Shown one piece after another: positions 40,102 through 49,967 of a stretch of DNA of 64,000 nt; position 1 is the stretch's first letter, and every line of letters starts with the position of its first letter. The stretch lies in assembly GCA_031378375.1 (NCBI GenBank), contig JANNEF010000121.1, positions 2,650 to 66,649 on the forward strand. Reading direction: 5' to 3'. The translations under genes and the position numbers were made by a program. The DNA is from Verrucomicrobiota bacterium. Lineage in GTDB: Bacteria > Verrucomicrobiota > Verrucomicrobiia > Limisphaerales > JANNEF01. The notes below the pieces were generated by a model, which worked only from the letters and a program-made list of their open reading frames with translations, was not told the DNA's origin and did no database searches.

Positions 40102-41547
40102 TCAAGTCGTCTCCGGTTCAGTGGCGGCCAGATCCATCGTCCGTCCATTCAATCGACGCGCGGGGCCGCCGCCCGCCGCCGTCGCCATCTTCTGCACCGC
40201 CTGACGAAAAACATCGCCCCGGTGTTGATGGTTCTTAAACTGGTCAAAGCTCGAACAAGCCGGAGAAAGCAAAACCACGTCGCCAGCGACCGCGTTTCGC
40301 GCGGCTTCGGCGAGTGCTATTAACAATGAATCCCCCAAGGTGCAAGGGGTAAATAGGCTCCACGCCGCGCGCAGCTTTTCGCGCGTCTCGCCAATCAGGA
40401 AAGCCCCCTTCACGCGCCGCGAGAGCAGCGGCCCGATGTCATGGTAATCAAAGCCCTTGTCCCGGCCGCCGGCAATGAGCCACACGTTCGGCTCGCCCGC
40501 CGGCGCCGCCGGCAGCGCCAGCAGCGCCTTGTGCAGCGCGTCGAGGTTCGTGGCCTTGGAATCGTTCACAAATTTCACACCGTTAATCTCCGCCACCAAC
40601 TCGCAGCGGTGCGGCGCGGGCGCGCAGGACTTCAGCGCTCCGAGCATTTGCTCCAGCGGAATCCGCAGCACGCGGCCCACCGCGAGGGCGGCCATGAGGT
40701 TCTCAGCATTGTGCGGGCCGCGAAGCTGGCACTGCTCCATGTCGAGCAACGGCCCGGCCCACCCTTCGATGCGGCTCGTGAGCAGGCTGCGGTCGAGATA
40801 AATGTCCGCACCCCGGTTACTGGCACTGAACGTAATAATCTTGGACGGGATGTCCAACTTCAGCGCACGCAACTGCGCCAGCGCCTCGCTTTGAACAATG
40901 GCCCAGTCAAAGGCCTGCTGGTTTTGAAACAGCCGCGCCTTGGCCCGCGCGTAATCCGCCATGCTCGCATAACGGTCCAGGTGATCCGGGGTGAGATTGA
41001 GCAGCACGCCGACCGCCGGGCGAAAAAACTGCGTGGACTCCAGTTGAAACGCGCTGACTTCGAGTGTCAGGAAATCCAGTTCGCGCGTTTGCCCGACCAC
41101 GGAGCAGAGCGGCACGCCGTGGCAGCCGGCGACGACTGTTTTGAAGTGGTTGTGAGTCAGCAACCGCTCCACCAGTTCGGCAGTGGTGGTTTTCCCGTTC
41201 GTGCCGGTAATGGCGACGTTGAGACAGAGCGCGTGCTGGTAGCCCAGTTCGAGTTCACCGATGACGGGCACCCCGCGCCGGACCATCTCCTGGAGAATTG
41301 CGTTATCCCCCGGCACACCGGGACTGGTCACGACCAAATCAAACTGCCCCGTCGGCGAGGAAACGACGCCCAGTTGCACCTCGGCACCGCAGGCCCGGAG
41401 CTTCGCGGTGTCATGCTGGAGCGCGTCGGTGTTCGCAGAGTCCAACGCCAGCACTTTCGCGCCACGCCGGCAAAGGAGTTCCCCGGCAGCCCGGCCACTG
41501 GTGCCGAGACCGACGATCAAGACTCTTTTGTTTTCCAACGGAATCAT
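40102..41547 (-). CDS. murD: UDP-N-acetylmuramoylalanine--D-glutamate ligase
   Basis: VLIVGLGTSGRA Rossmann start and ITGTNGKTTT P-loop. Start at MIPLENKR (41547). Confidence 0.9.
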   Translation of the reverse strand: MIPLENKRVLIVGLGTSGRAAGELLCRRGAKVLALDSANTDALQHDTAKLRACGAEVQLGVVSSPTGQFDLVVTSPGVPGDNAILQEMVRRGVPVIGELELGYQHALCLNVAITGTNGKTTTAELVERLLTHNHFKTVVAGCHGVPLCSVVGQTRELDFLTLEVSAFQLESTQFFRPAVGVLLNLTPDHLDRYASMADYARAKARLFQNQQAFDWAIVQSEALAQLRALKLDIPSKIITFSASNRGADIYLDRSLLTSRIEGWAGPLLDMEQCQLRGPHNAENLMAALAVGRVLRIPLEQMLGALKSCAPAPHRCELVAEINGVKFVNDSKATNLDALHKALLALPAAPAGEPNVWLIAGGRDKGFDYHDIGPLLSRRVKGAFLIGETREKLRAAWSLFTPCTLGDSLLIALAEAARNAVAGDVVLLSPACSSFDQFKNHQHRGDVFRQAVQKMATAAGGGPARRLNGRTMDLAATEPETT

Positions 41548-41552
41548 TGTTC

Positions 41553-41632
41553 TTGGTGAACCAGTAATCAGCAGGTCAGTAATCAGTAAACGATCCAAGA
41601 GCGCCGCGCGGCAACTGACCTACTGATGACCG
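41553..41632. repeat. AT-richer palindromic intergenic element (cagtaatcag family), copy 1
   Basis: atcagcaggtcagt (41567-41580) pairs with actgacctactgat further on. Shares ggtcagtaatcagt / actgacctactg with 44402-44488. Confidence 0.5.
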
Positions 41633-41637
41633 CCCCA

Positions 41638-42792
41638 CTACCGTATCTTCAAAGTGCCCAGCGCGACTACCGCGCAGAGAATGCACAGAATGTAAAACCG
41701 CGTCACCACTTGCGACTCGTGCCAGCCCTTCTTCTCGAAGTGATGATGCAACGGCGCCATTAAAAAAATCCGCTGGCCGGTGCCATACCGTTTCCGGGTG
41801 TACTTGAAGTAACCCGTCTGGATCATCACCGACAACGCCTCGGCCACGAACACGCCCCCCGCGATCACCAGCACCAGCGGCTGATGAATCAACACCGCCA
41901 TGATGCCCAGCGCCCCGCCCAGCGCCAGCGAACCGGTGTCGCCCATGAACACCTGCGCCGGGTGACAGTTGAACCACAGGAACCCCAGACCCGCGCCAAT
42001 CATCGCGGCACAAAAAACCGTCAACTCGCCCGCGCCCACGACGTGCGGCACTTGCAGGTAGTCCGCCATCCGCGCGTTGCCCGCCACGTAGGTCAGCACC
42101 ACAAACACGAACGAGACGATCAGCGTGCAGCCAATCGCCAGCCCATCCAGCCCGTCGGTCAGGTTCACCGCGTTCGAGCTGCCCACGATGGTCAGCGCCG
42201 TGAGCACCAACCCGAACACCACTCCGAGCGTGCCGACGGCAATGGGGTGTTTGGAAAACGGCACCATGACTTCCGAGATCAACTGGCTCGTCGCCGGCAC
42301 GCGCCACAAATATACAGCGATGAAAATCGCCAGCAGCGATTGCACCCAGAGTTTGACATGCGACGCGGCGCCCTTGCCGCTTTGCTGGGTGATCTTCGCA
42401 TAATCATCGTAGAACCCCAACCCGGCGAGCACGAGCACCGAGAGCAGTGTCAGTTGCACCAGCGTATTCCACTGCGCCCACAGCAACGCCGTGAGATCCA
42501 TGACGGGAACGATCAGGATGCCGCCCATCGTCGGCGTGCCTTTCTTCGAGCCAATGCGCGCCACCAACCCGCCGGCCTGCTCCGCCTTGTCCGTGTATTC
42601 CTGGCCGAACTTGATGCACTTGAGCCACGCGATCATTTTTGGACCCAGCCACCAGCACAACAGCAAGGCCGTGATCGCCGCACCCGCGCTGCGGAAGGTG
42701 ATGTAGCGGAACAGCCGCAGGAACGAAAGCGGATCGGCCCACTGCGTGCCCGCGCTCCATTCGAGCACCCATTGGCTGATGTAAAAAATCAT
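41638..42792 (-). CDS. mraY: phospho-N-acetylmuramoyl-pentapeptide-transferase
   Basis: NAVNLTDGLDGLA and MGDTGSLALGG motifs. Start at MIFYISQW (42792). Confidence 0.95.
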   Translation of the reverse strand: MIFYISQWVLEWSAGTQWADPLSFLRLFRYITFRSAGAAITALLLCWWLGPKMIAWLKCIKFGQEYTDKAEQAGGLVARIGSKKGTPTMGGILIVPVMDLTALLWAQWNTLVQLTLLSVLVLAGLGFYDDYAKITQQSGKGAASHVKLWVQSLLAIFIAVYLWRVPATSQLISEVMVPFSKHPIAVGTLGVVFGLVLTALTIVGSSNAVNLTDGLDGLAIGCTLIVSFVFVVLTYVAGNARMADYLQVPHVVGAGELTVFCAAMIGAGLGFLWFNCHPAQVFMGDTGSLALGGALGIMAVLIHQPLVLVIAGGVFVAEALSVMIQTGYFKYTRKRYGTGQRIFLMAPLHHHFEKKGWHESQVVTRFYILCILCAVVALGTLKIR

Positions 42793-43000
42793 TGCTAGTC
42801 GTGGCGGGCCTGCGACCACCCTTCACTGCACAAACATTTCGCACGGGCCAAGCCGACCAGGCGCACCAGGAATTCCGGCACCTGACGCAAACGACCAGCG
42901 GATGGCCGGTTCTGTCCAGCAGCGTGTGAATTGGCCGGACGCCGGCAGCCCCGGTCAGGTTTCCACGCTTTTTTTGTCTTCATGCTTTGACTCGGCAACT

Positions 43001-44401
43001 TCATCGGCGGCTCCGCAACGCTTCACCAATGCGCTCGAACCCGGCCGCACGCGACGCCTTGAGCAACACCACATCGCCCGGCTGGACCATCGCTTTCACG
43101 CCGACGGCGGCTGTTGGTACATCGGAAAACAATTCAACATCTTGCAGCCCTGCCGCGCGCGCCGCAGCCGCCGTGGTGGCTGCCCACCGCCCCACGGCGA
43201 TCAGTCGCCGCACGCCGAGTTCCACCGCGCATCGGCCCACTTCATCGTGCGCCGACGCCGTGTGCGCGCCCAACTCGCCCATGTCTCCGAGCACCGCAAG
43301 CCGCCGGCCAGCGCACGGAAAGTCCCGCAACGTTTCCAGCGCGGCCACCATCGAATCCGCATTCGCATTGTAGGCGTCGTCCAGCACGCGCACTCCGCCA
43401 GTCTCCCAGACTTGCAGGCGCATCTTCGGCGGGGCGCAGGTCGCCAGGCCGAGCCGCACTTCGGCAGGACAGACACCAAGTTCCGTCCCCGCCGCGAGGG
43501 CGAGGAGTGCATTCGGAACCTGGTGCCGTCCCAGCAGGCGAATCCGATACTCGCCCACAAATTCTCCGCGCGGCGCGCTCAACTCAAACGTGGTGCCCGC
43601 GTCATCCATCCGCACATTCACCGCGCGCCAGTCATTGTGCGGACCGAAGCCGACACGGACAACTTTGGCCCGGGTGCGCTTCTCGATCTGCGGCGTCCAC
43701 TCATTGTCGCCGTTGACGAAAAGTGTTCCGTGCGTGGGCAACATCTCGGCCAGCCAGCCTTCCTCCTGCGCCACGCCGCCGAGGTCGCCAAAAAATTCCA
43801 GATGCTCGCGGCCAATGTTCGTCAGCACGCCGAACTGCGGCGCGATCATGCGCAGCAACGGCGCGAGTTCGCCGGGATGATTGGTGCCGGCTTCAAGCAC
43901 GGCTGCCCCGTGAGTTTTTTCCAACTTCAACAAAGTAAGCGGCACGCCAATGTCGTTGTTGAAACTCGCCTCACTGGCGAGCGTGTTGAACTTCTGGCCA
44001 AGCACCGACGCGATCAATTCCTTCGTCGTCGTCTTTCCATTCGATCCGGCGACGGCGACGACCGGCAGCGTGAAATCGGCGCGGTAGCGGGCCGCCAGTT
44101 TGCCGAGCGCGGCGCGCGTGTCGTCCACGGCAATGATCCCGACCGAACTGGGCAGGCGCGAAGCCGGTTCCGCCTTCGCGCGCTCCACGACCACCGCCGC
44201 CACACTTTTCTCCGCGACTTGCGGCAGAAAGTTGTGCGCGTCGAACTTTTCACCCGCCAGCGCAAAGAACAAATCCCCCGGCTGCGCCTGGCGTGAATCG
44301 GTACAGACACGCCGAACCATCGCATCCGGCGAGCCGCGGAGCAGATCGCCGGAGCTAGCGCCGGTCAGGAAACTCAAAGAGCGGGCATCCATCTTTGCCA
44401 C
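43001..44401 (-). CDS. murF: UDP-N-acetylmuramoyl-tripeptide--D-alanyl-D-alanine ligase
   Basis: VAVAGSNGKTTTKE P-loop and Mur ligase architecture. Confidence 0.9.
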   Translation of the reverse strand: MAKMDARSLSFLTGASSGDLLRGSPDAMVRRVCTDSRQAQPGDLFFALAGEKFDAHNFLPQVAEKSVAAVVVERAKAEPASRLPSSVGIIAVDDTRAALGKLAARYRADFTLPVVAVAGSNGKTTTKELIASVLGQKFNTLASEASFNNDIGVPLTLLKLEKTHGAAVLEAGTNHPGELAPLLRMIAPQFGVLTNIGREHLEFFGDLGGVAQEEGWLAEMLPTHGTLFVNGDNEWTPQIEKRTRAKVVRVGFGPHNDWRAVNVRMDDAGTTFELSAPRGEFVGEYRIRLLGRHQVPNALLALAAGTELGVCPAEVRLGLATCAPPKMRLQVWETGGVRVLDDAYNANADSMVAALETLRDFPCAGRRLAVLGDMGELGAHTASAHDEVGRCAVELGVRRLIAVGRWAATTAAAARAAGLQDVELFSDVPTAAVGVKAMVQPGDVVLLKASRAAGFERIGEALRSRR

Positions 44402-44488
44402 TGGGAAGTAATCAGTAGGTCAGTAATCAGTGATGCAGATGCGCGTCGGTTACTGATTTACTGATTACTGGTTCACTGACCTACTGGC
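44402..44488. repeat. AT-richer palindromic intergenic element (cagtaatcag family), copy 2
   Basis: gtaatcagtaggtcagtaatcagt ... actgatttactgattactggttcactgacctactgg forms a long imperfect hairpin between murE and murF. Confidence 0.5.
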
Positions 44489-45973
44489 TCACTTCCTCCC
44501 AAACCCCAGCGCCTCCAGCGTCTCCTGCGCGTGCAGGCGGTCGTCGAAGGGCACCACGGTGTCGTCAAATTCCTGATAGGTCTCGTGACCCTTGCCGGCG
44601 AGCAGAACGGTGTCGCCCGGCTCGGCTTTGCCGATGATTTGCTGGATGGCGCGGCGGCGGTCGAGTTCCACGGCGAAGGTGTCGGCGCGCACGGAGCGGC
44701 AGCCTTCTTCGATTTGCGAGGCGATCTTCGCCGGGTTTTCCTTGCGCGGATTGTCGCTGGTGATGAGCGTGAAGTCCGCGAGTTCCGCCGCCACTTTTCC
44801 CATCCGGGCGCGCTTGCCGGTGTCGCGGCTGGCGCCGCAGCCGAACGCGACCAGCACGCGACCCGGCGTGATCTCGCGCAGCGTGGTAAGCACGCTCTTG
44901 AGCGCGTCATCGGTGTGCGCGTAGTCCACGAACACTCCGAAGGGCTGGCCCAGCGACACGGCCTCCAGACGGCCCGGGACCGGCGTGAGCGCGTTGAGCG
45001 CGGCCTGCAAGGTGAGCACCTTCACCTTGAGCGCCAGCCCCGCGCCGACGGCGGCGAGCGCGTTGTAAATGTTGTGCCGTCCGATCATCGGCAGGCGGCA
45101 GGCGAAGTTCCGCTCCGGCGTTTCGACGACGAACCGCGAGCCGTCCTTGCCCAGTTCAATCTTCGTCGCGCGCAGGCGGGCGGCCTGCTGGAGACCGTAG
45201 GTGAGTTGCACCTCCACATTGGTTTGCTCGGCGAGTCGCGCACCAAAGGTGTCGTCAATGTTAATCACGGCGGTGGCCTGCTTCTTCCCCTGCGCCAGTG
45301 GGGCAAAAAGTTTTTGCTTCGCGCCGAAATAGTTTTCCATCGTGCCGTGATAATCCAGATGGTCGCGCGTGAGGTTCGTGAAGATGGCGACATCAAAGTC
45401 CACGCCGAGCACGCGCTTTTGCTCCAGCGCGTGTGAACTGACTTCCATCACACAGGCCTGGCAATCCGCGCGCACCATCGCCGCGAGCATCTGCTGCACT
45501 TCCAGCGATTCCGGCGTGGTGCGCTGCGCGGGAAAGATGCGGTCACCGATCTCGTAGCGCACGGTGCCGAGCAGGCCGGTCTTGATGCCGGCGGCTTCCA
45601 GGATGGCTTTGACCATGAAGGCGACGGTGGTCTTGCCATTGGTGCCGGTGACGCCGATGACTTTGAGCTTCGAACTCGGCTGCTCATAGAACGCGGCGGC
45701 GGCCCGAGCCATCGCTTCCCGCACGTCGGGGACTTTGATCTTCGTGGCGCGGTGCAGCATGAAGCCGTTGCGCTCGCAGAGGATCGCCGTGGCGCCGCGC
45801 TCGATGGCCATGTTGATGAACTCGTGCCCGTCCACATGCTGGCCGGGGATCGCCACGAACACCATGCCGGGCGTCACCCGACGCGAGTCGTAGGTGAGGC
45901 CGGTCACTTCCCGGTCGAGCGAGCCTTCGACGCTCGCGCCGGGGAGATGGGCGATGAGTTGTTTGAGTTGCAT
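44489..45973 (-). CDS. murE: UDP-N-acetylmuramoyl-L-alanyl-D-glutamate--2,6-diaminopimelate ligase
   Basis: IGVTGTNGKTTVA P-loop and TSDNPRKE motif. Start at MQLKQLIAHL (45973); 46021 is the alternative. Confidence 0.9.
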   Translation of the reverse strand: MQLKQLIAHLPGASVEGSLDREVTGLTYDSRRVTPGMVFVAIPGQHVDGHEFINMAIERGATAILCERNGFMLHRATKIKVPDVREAMARAAAAFYEQPSSKLKVIGVTGTNGKTTVAFMVKAILEAAGIKTGLLGTVRYEIGDRIFPAQRTTPESLEVQQMLAAMVRADCQACVMEVSSHALEQKRVLGVDFDVAIFTNLTRDHLDYHGTMENYFGAKQKLFAPLAQGKKQATAVINIDDTFGARLAEQTNVEVQLTYGLQQAARLRATKIELGKDGSRFVVETPERNFACRLPMIGRHNIYNALAAVGAGLALKVKVLTLQAALNALTPVPGRLEAVSLGQPFGVFVDYAHTDDALKSVLTTLREITPGRVLVAFGCGASRDTGKRARMGKVAAELADFTLITSDNPRKENPAKIASQIEEGCRSVRADTFAVELDRRRAIQQIIGKAEPGDTVLLAGKGHETYQEFDDTVVPFDDRLHAQETLEALGFGRK

Positions 45974-46031
45974 GGTCGAAACGGGGTGCGTGAAAATGGG
46001 AGTGATGTCCCTCGACGTCACGCACCACGCA

Positions 46032-47948
46032 TCACGGGCTCCGCACCGCCGCCGTGTTCAGCCTTTCGGCCCTGACCGGAATGGCCAGTTTGTCCACTGG
46101 CGGCTCCTCGCGATCGGGACGGAGTTTCAAGTAGTTCGCCACCTGCTCGGCGATGTTTTTGAAAAACGGTGCCGCCGTCTGGCCGCCATAGTAGCCCTTT
46201 TTCAAATCGGGCGCATCGAGCATCACGGAGATGCACACTTCCGGGGCGTCGGCAGGAAAGAAACCGATGAACGACGAGATGTACTGGCCATCAAGATAGC
46301 CGGTGGCGGTGGGCTTTTGCGCGGTGCCAGTCTTGCCAGCGACGGTGTAGTGTTCCAGCGCGGCCTTGGGCGCGGTGCCGTCCTTGGTGACCACGGTCTT
46401 GAGGGCGGTGACCAGGTGGCGGGCGGCACGTTCAGAAACCACCTGGCGAACTTCCTGCGGCTGGAACTGCTTGAAAACAGCACCGGTTTGATCTTGCAGG
46501 CGGCTCACCAGCATCGGGCGCATCAGCCGGCCATCGTTGGCAACGGCACAGGTGGCCATCATCATTTGCAGGTGCGTCACCCCCACCGCGTGGCCCATCG
46601 GGATGCGCGAGATCAGGAGCTTGTCCTTGCTCCAATCGGCCAGCGGAATGACGCGCCCTGCGGTTTCGCCGCCGAGCGGGATGCCGGTCTTCTCGCCAAA
46701 TCCGAAGGCCCGAATGTAGTCGTAGAGTTTTTGCGGGCCGAGCTTGTAAACGGCGATCTTGGCCGAACCGATGTTGGACGACTTGGTGATGATGTTCTCG
46801 ACGGAGATCACGCCGTAGCCGCCCCCGTGGTCGTGCAGGTCGCGCCCCATGTAACGCCAGTTGCCACGCTCGCAGTCGAACTGGTCGTTGAGGGTGATGA
46901 GGTCCTCGTTCAGCGCGGCGGAGACCACGACAATCTTGAACGTCGAACCCGGCTCCACGCGGTCGGTGATGATGCGGTTGCGCCAGTGGCCCTCCGGGAA
47001 GTCGCCCGGACGGTTCGGATCGTAGTTGGGCAGCGTGGCCATCGCCAGGATCTCCCCCGTGCGCGGGCGGACCACCATCGCCGAGGCGCTGATCGGGGTG
47101 TGCTTCTTCATCGCCTCCGCCAGCTCGGTTTCCACGATGCTTTGAATCACCATGTCGATCGTGAGCACCACGTTCAGTCCGGAACGGGCCTCGACTTCCT
47201 GCTCCCGGTTGACGACGATCTCGCGCTTGCGACGGTCGGTCTCGGTCACGCGCCAGCCGCGCACGCCGCGCAACCTGCTGTCGCACCAGGCCTCGATGCC
47301 GTCCTTGCCAGTGACCTCATTAACCGAGGTATTGTTAAACTCCGACTCCTGCTCCTGCGCGAAACCAACGACATGCGCCGCGAGGTGGTGCCCCGGATAA
47401 ATGCGCTGCTGGTCATCCACCGCAAAGACCGCATGCTGCCGGAGCAGCCGGTAGTAGTTCTTCTGGGATTTCGGCAACGTCTTCTCGTCCACGCCAAACG
47501 TGAGTTCCGCCATCGCCTGCGTAATCTGTTGCCACTGTTCAACGGTGACTTTGCGGCGAAGGTTCACCGGAGGATTGGTCACGAGCAGGCCGGCCTGGTT
47601 GGTGCGAAGGACCGGTTGCAGGCGGCGGGCCAAAGCGGTTTCGTCCCACTGGATCAGCGGCGCGAGCACATGCGCCACTTCGGCGGCATGACGACCAACG
47701 TAGCGCGGGTCGGCGCCAACCCGCTTCACGGGGATGCTGGTCGCCAGCGGATTACCGCGCGCGTCGAGGATGTCGCCCCGGCGCGGCTCGCGCAGAAACA
47801 CGCGTTGCGTGTTGCGCCCGGCAATCTGACGATATTTCTCGTGCTGGAAGACCTGAAGCACGACCAACCGGTAGCCCAGCGCGCTCAAGGCGAGGCCCAG
47901 CAAGACCGCCAGCGCCAGCAGGCGGCGCAGATGCGTTGGTTTGATCAT
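46032..47948 (-). CDS. ftsI: peptidoglycan D,D-transpeptidase FtsI (class B PBP)
   Basis: SxxK (GSTFKIV), SxN (KSSNIG) and KTG (GKTGTA) motifs. N-terminal TM anchor. Confidence 0.9.
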   Translation of the reverse strand: MIKPTHLRRLLALAVLLGLALSALGYRLVVLQVFQHEKYRQIAGRNTQRVFLREPRRGDILDARGNPLATSIPVKRVGADPRYVGRHAAEVAHVLAPLIQWDETALARRLQPVLRTNQAGLLVTNPPVNLRRKVTVEQWQQITQAMAELTFGVDEKTLPKSQKNYYRLLRQHAVFAVDDQQRIYPGHHLAAHVVGFAQEQESEFNNTSVNEVTGKDGIEAWCDSRLRGVRGWRVTETDRRKREIVVNREQEVEARSGLNVVLTIDMVIQSIVETELAEAMKKHTPISASAMVVRPRTGEILAMATLPNYDPNRPGDFPEGHWRNRIITDRVEPGSTFKIVVVSAALNEDLITLNDQFDCERGNWRYMGRDLHDHGGGYGVISVENIITKSSNIGSAKIAVYKLGPQKLYDYIRAFGFGEKTGIPLGGETAGRVIPLADWSKDKLLISRIPMGHAVGVTHLQMMMATCAVANDGRLMRPMLVSRLQDQTGAVFKQFQPQEVRQVVSERAARHLVTALKTVVTKDGTAPKAALEHYTVAGKTGTAQKPTATGYLDGQYISSFIGFFPADAPEVCISVMLDAPDLKKGYYGGQTAAPFFKNIAEQVANYLKLRPDREEPPVDKLAIPVRAERLNTAAVRSP

Positions 47949-48023
47949 GGAATCGAAATTACCGACCGCCCGTGTGCTGGTGGTTCCTCTCCAACCGGCG
48001 ACACGAGCAGCGGTAAAAAGTTT

Positions 48024-48389
48024 TCATTTCCCCAGCACGAGCAACTGAGGCGTTGTGTTGGTCCGGTCCACCAGGGGCGGCTCGACCAGCCAGACCATCT
48101 GACCCGGCAATGGCGGGACGAGGCCGAGCCGTTGATCCCGCGCACGCTCCAGCAGCCGCTGCGGCATTTGCAGTTCGGCGAGCTGATTGGCGCGCACCTT
48201 GTTCTCCCACTTGAGCCGTTCGAGCCGCTTCTCACGGACTTCGATCTGACGGCCCAGTTCGTGGATTTTGTTCTTCTGCAAAACGTAACCCACCGCCGAA
48301 CCACCCAGCAGCAGGCAGAGCAGAAAGGCTTTGAGCGCGGGGACCAGCTTAACCGCGCCGGATTGATTACGTTTGTTATTGCGAGCCAT
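48024..48389 (-). CDS. ftsL: cell division protein FtsL-like (bitopic, coiled coil)
   Basis: 121 aa from MARNNKRNQ. One TM (LKAFLLCLLLGGSAVGYVL) then a coiled coil (ELGRQIEVREKRLERLKWEN). Position between rsmH and ftsI. Confidence 0.55.
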   Translation of the reverse strand: MARNNKRNQSGAVKLVPALKAFLLCLLLGGSAVGYVLQKNKIHELGRQIEVREKRLERLKWENKVRANQLAELQMPQRLLERARDQRLGLVPPLPGQMVWLVEPPLVDRTNTTPQLLVLGK

Positions 48390-48432
48390 GTTTTCGGGGT
48401 GCGTGGTGCGTGCAGGCACGCAGCACTTCCAG

Positions 48433-49374
48433 TTAAATTTTTTCCAGCACTTTCAACTGGGCACTCCGGGCACGCGGATTTTCATTAAGTTCCGCTTCGC
48501 CCGGCTGTAACGCCTTGCGCTGCACCCACCGCATCAGCGGGGCGCGGGGCCGGCGCAGTTCGGGCACATCCACCGGGCCGTCGAAGATATAGTCGCGCGT
48601 TTGTTCGCGCCCGAAGTCCTTCAGGACGCGATCCTCGACGCCGTGGAAGGTGATCACCGCCAGGCGCCCTCCGGGTTTGAGCACGGTGCAAGCTGCCGCC
48701 AGTGCGCTTCGGAGCGAGCACACTTCATCATTCACCGCCATTCGTATCGCCATAAACACCCGCGTCGCCGGATGCCGTTTTTGCCCGTGGCGCGGTGCGA
48801 GTCGCTCGATCAAGGCCGCCAGTTGCCCGGTGGTTTCCCACCGCCGTGTCTGGCGCGCCTGGACGATCTCCCGCGCAAACCGCCGCCCTTGCGGCTCGTC
48901 ACCCAGTTCCCAAAAAATCTTCGCCAACTCGGCCTCGCTCCACTCGTTGACCACGCCCGCCGCCGTGAGCGTCTGCCGGTCATCCATCCGCATGTCGAGC
49001 GGGCCGCTTTGCTGAAAGCTGAACCCGCGTTCCGGCCGGTCCAGTTGCGGCGAACTCACGCCCAGATCCAGCAGCACACCATCACAACTGCCCGGTTCAA
49101 TCCAATCTGCCAGTTCCGCAAAATTTCCCCGGCGCACTTCGAACCGTCCGGCGAATTCCGCCAACCGCCCCGCCGCCGCTTCAACTGCTGCGCCATCGCG
49201 ATCGCACCCATACAGCCATCCAGTCGGGTGGCTCGCCCGCAGGATCGCCGCGGCGTGTGAGCCGCCGCCCAGAGTCGCGTCCACGCACCTTCCGCCCGGA
49301 CGCGGGTTCAACGCCGCCAGCACTTCCGCCAACAGGACTGGTTTGTGTTGAAACTCTGGCACTGCGCATGGCAC
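48433..49374 (-). CDS. rsmH: 16S rRNA (cytosine1402-N4)-methyltransferase
   Basis: HKPVLL, VDATLGGGSHA and LLDLGVSSPQLD motifs. Confidence 0.9.
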   Translation of the reverse strand: MPCAVPEFQHKPVLLAEVLAALNPRPGGRCVDATLGGGSHAAAILRASHPTGWLYGCDRDGAAVEAAAGRLAEFAGRFEVRRGNFAELADWIEPGSCDGVLLDLGVSSPQLDRPERGFSFQQSGPLDMRMDDRQTLTAAGVVNEWSEAELAKIFWELGDEPQGRRFAREIVQARQTRRWETTGQLAALIERLAPRHGQKRHPATRVFMAIRMAVNDEVCSLRSALAAACTVLKPGGRLAVITFHGVEDRVLKDFGREQTRDYIFDGPVDVPELRRPRAPLMRWVQRKALQPGEAELNENPRARSAQLKVLEKI

Positions 49375-49383
49375 CCAAGGACA

Positions 49384-49965
49384 TCAGCTTCGCCCCGCCC
49401 CAAACAATCGGGTCGTGATCCGGCTGAAAGCGATCCCATCCGTTTCTCGCTCCTCGCCCGGCAGCGCCTCGACGGCTCTGGACGCCGTGGCCTGAGGACT
49501 GGCGGGAACGAGTTCCAGGTCAGCGTCGTTCAGGTCGTTCCGGGCGACCCGGATCACTCCCAATTTCAATTCACCCTGCTTCACCGTTGACGCCTCGGAC
49601 TTCGGCGTGGACGGGTGGATGAAGGCGTTTTTGATGAGCGTCCAGCGCCCCTGCGGATAGGCCGCTACCGGCACTTCCGTCTTCTCGGAGGCCTCTTCTG
49701 TTGCTTCTACTTCTGCTGTTTTCATGTTCTTCACTTTCGGTGGGCACGCCGGCGGTTGCCTGACAGCGCGCGGTTTTTCGACATTTTTTTCCGGCATGCT
49801 GGCCGACGTAACAACGACGGGTGGCGTCCCAGTAAAATCGAGTCCGAGTTCGTCCACCGGCCCAAACTTGGGCAGGAGATTCCGCCGCGCCATCTTGTAG
49901 CGGGTCGGACGGTTTTCGATATTCAGAATGCTTTTCCCGACGGCCAGTAGTTGAAGCCAGCTCAT
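49384..49965 (-). CDS. hypothetical protein inserted between mraZ and rsmH
   Basis: 193-aa ORF tightly packed between neighbours (3-nt gap to mraZ, 10-nt gap to rsmH). No motif recognised; mostly polar and disordered-looking. Confidence 0.5.
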   Translation of the reverse strand: MSWLQLLAVGKSILNIENRPTRYKMARRNLLPKFGPVDELGLDFTGTPPVVVTSASMPEKNVEKPRAVRQPPACPPKVKNMKTAEVEATEEASEKTEVPVAAYPQGRWTLIKNAFIHPSTPKSEASTVKQGELKLGVIRVARNDLNDADLELVPASPQATASRAVEALPGEERETDGIAFSRITTRLFGAGRS

Positions 49966-49967
49966 AG

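Noticed and set aside
45894-48488. 864-aa plus-strand ORF opposite murE/ftsI/ftsL
   Set aside because: It is antisense to three well-supported dcw genes and has no motifs. It is a high-G+C artefact.
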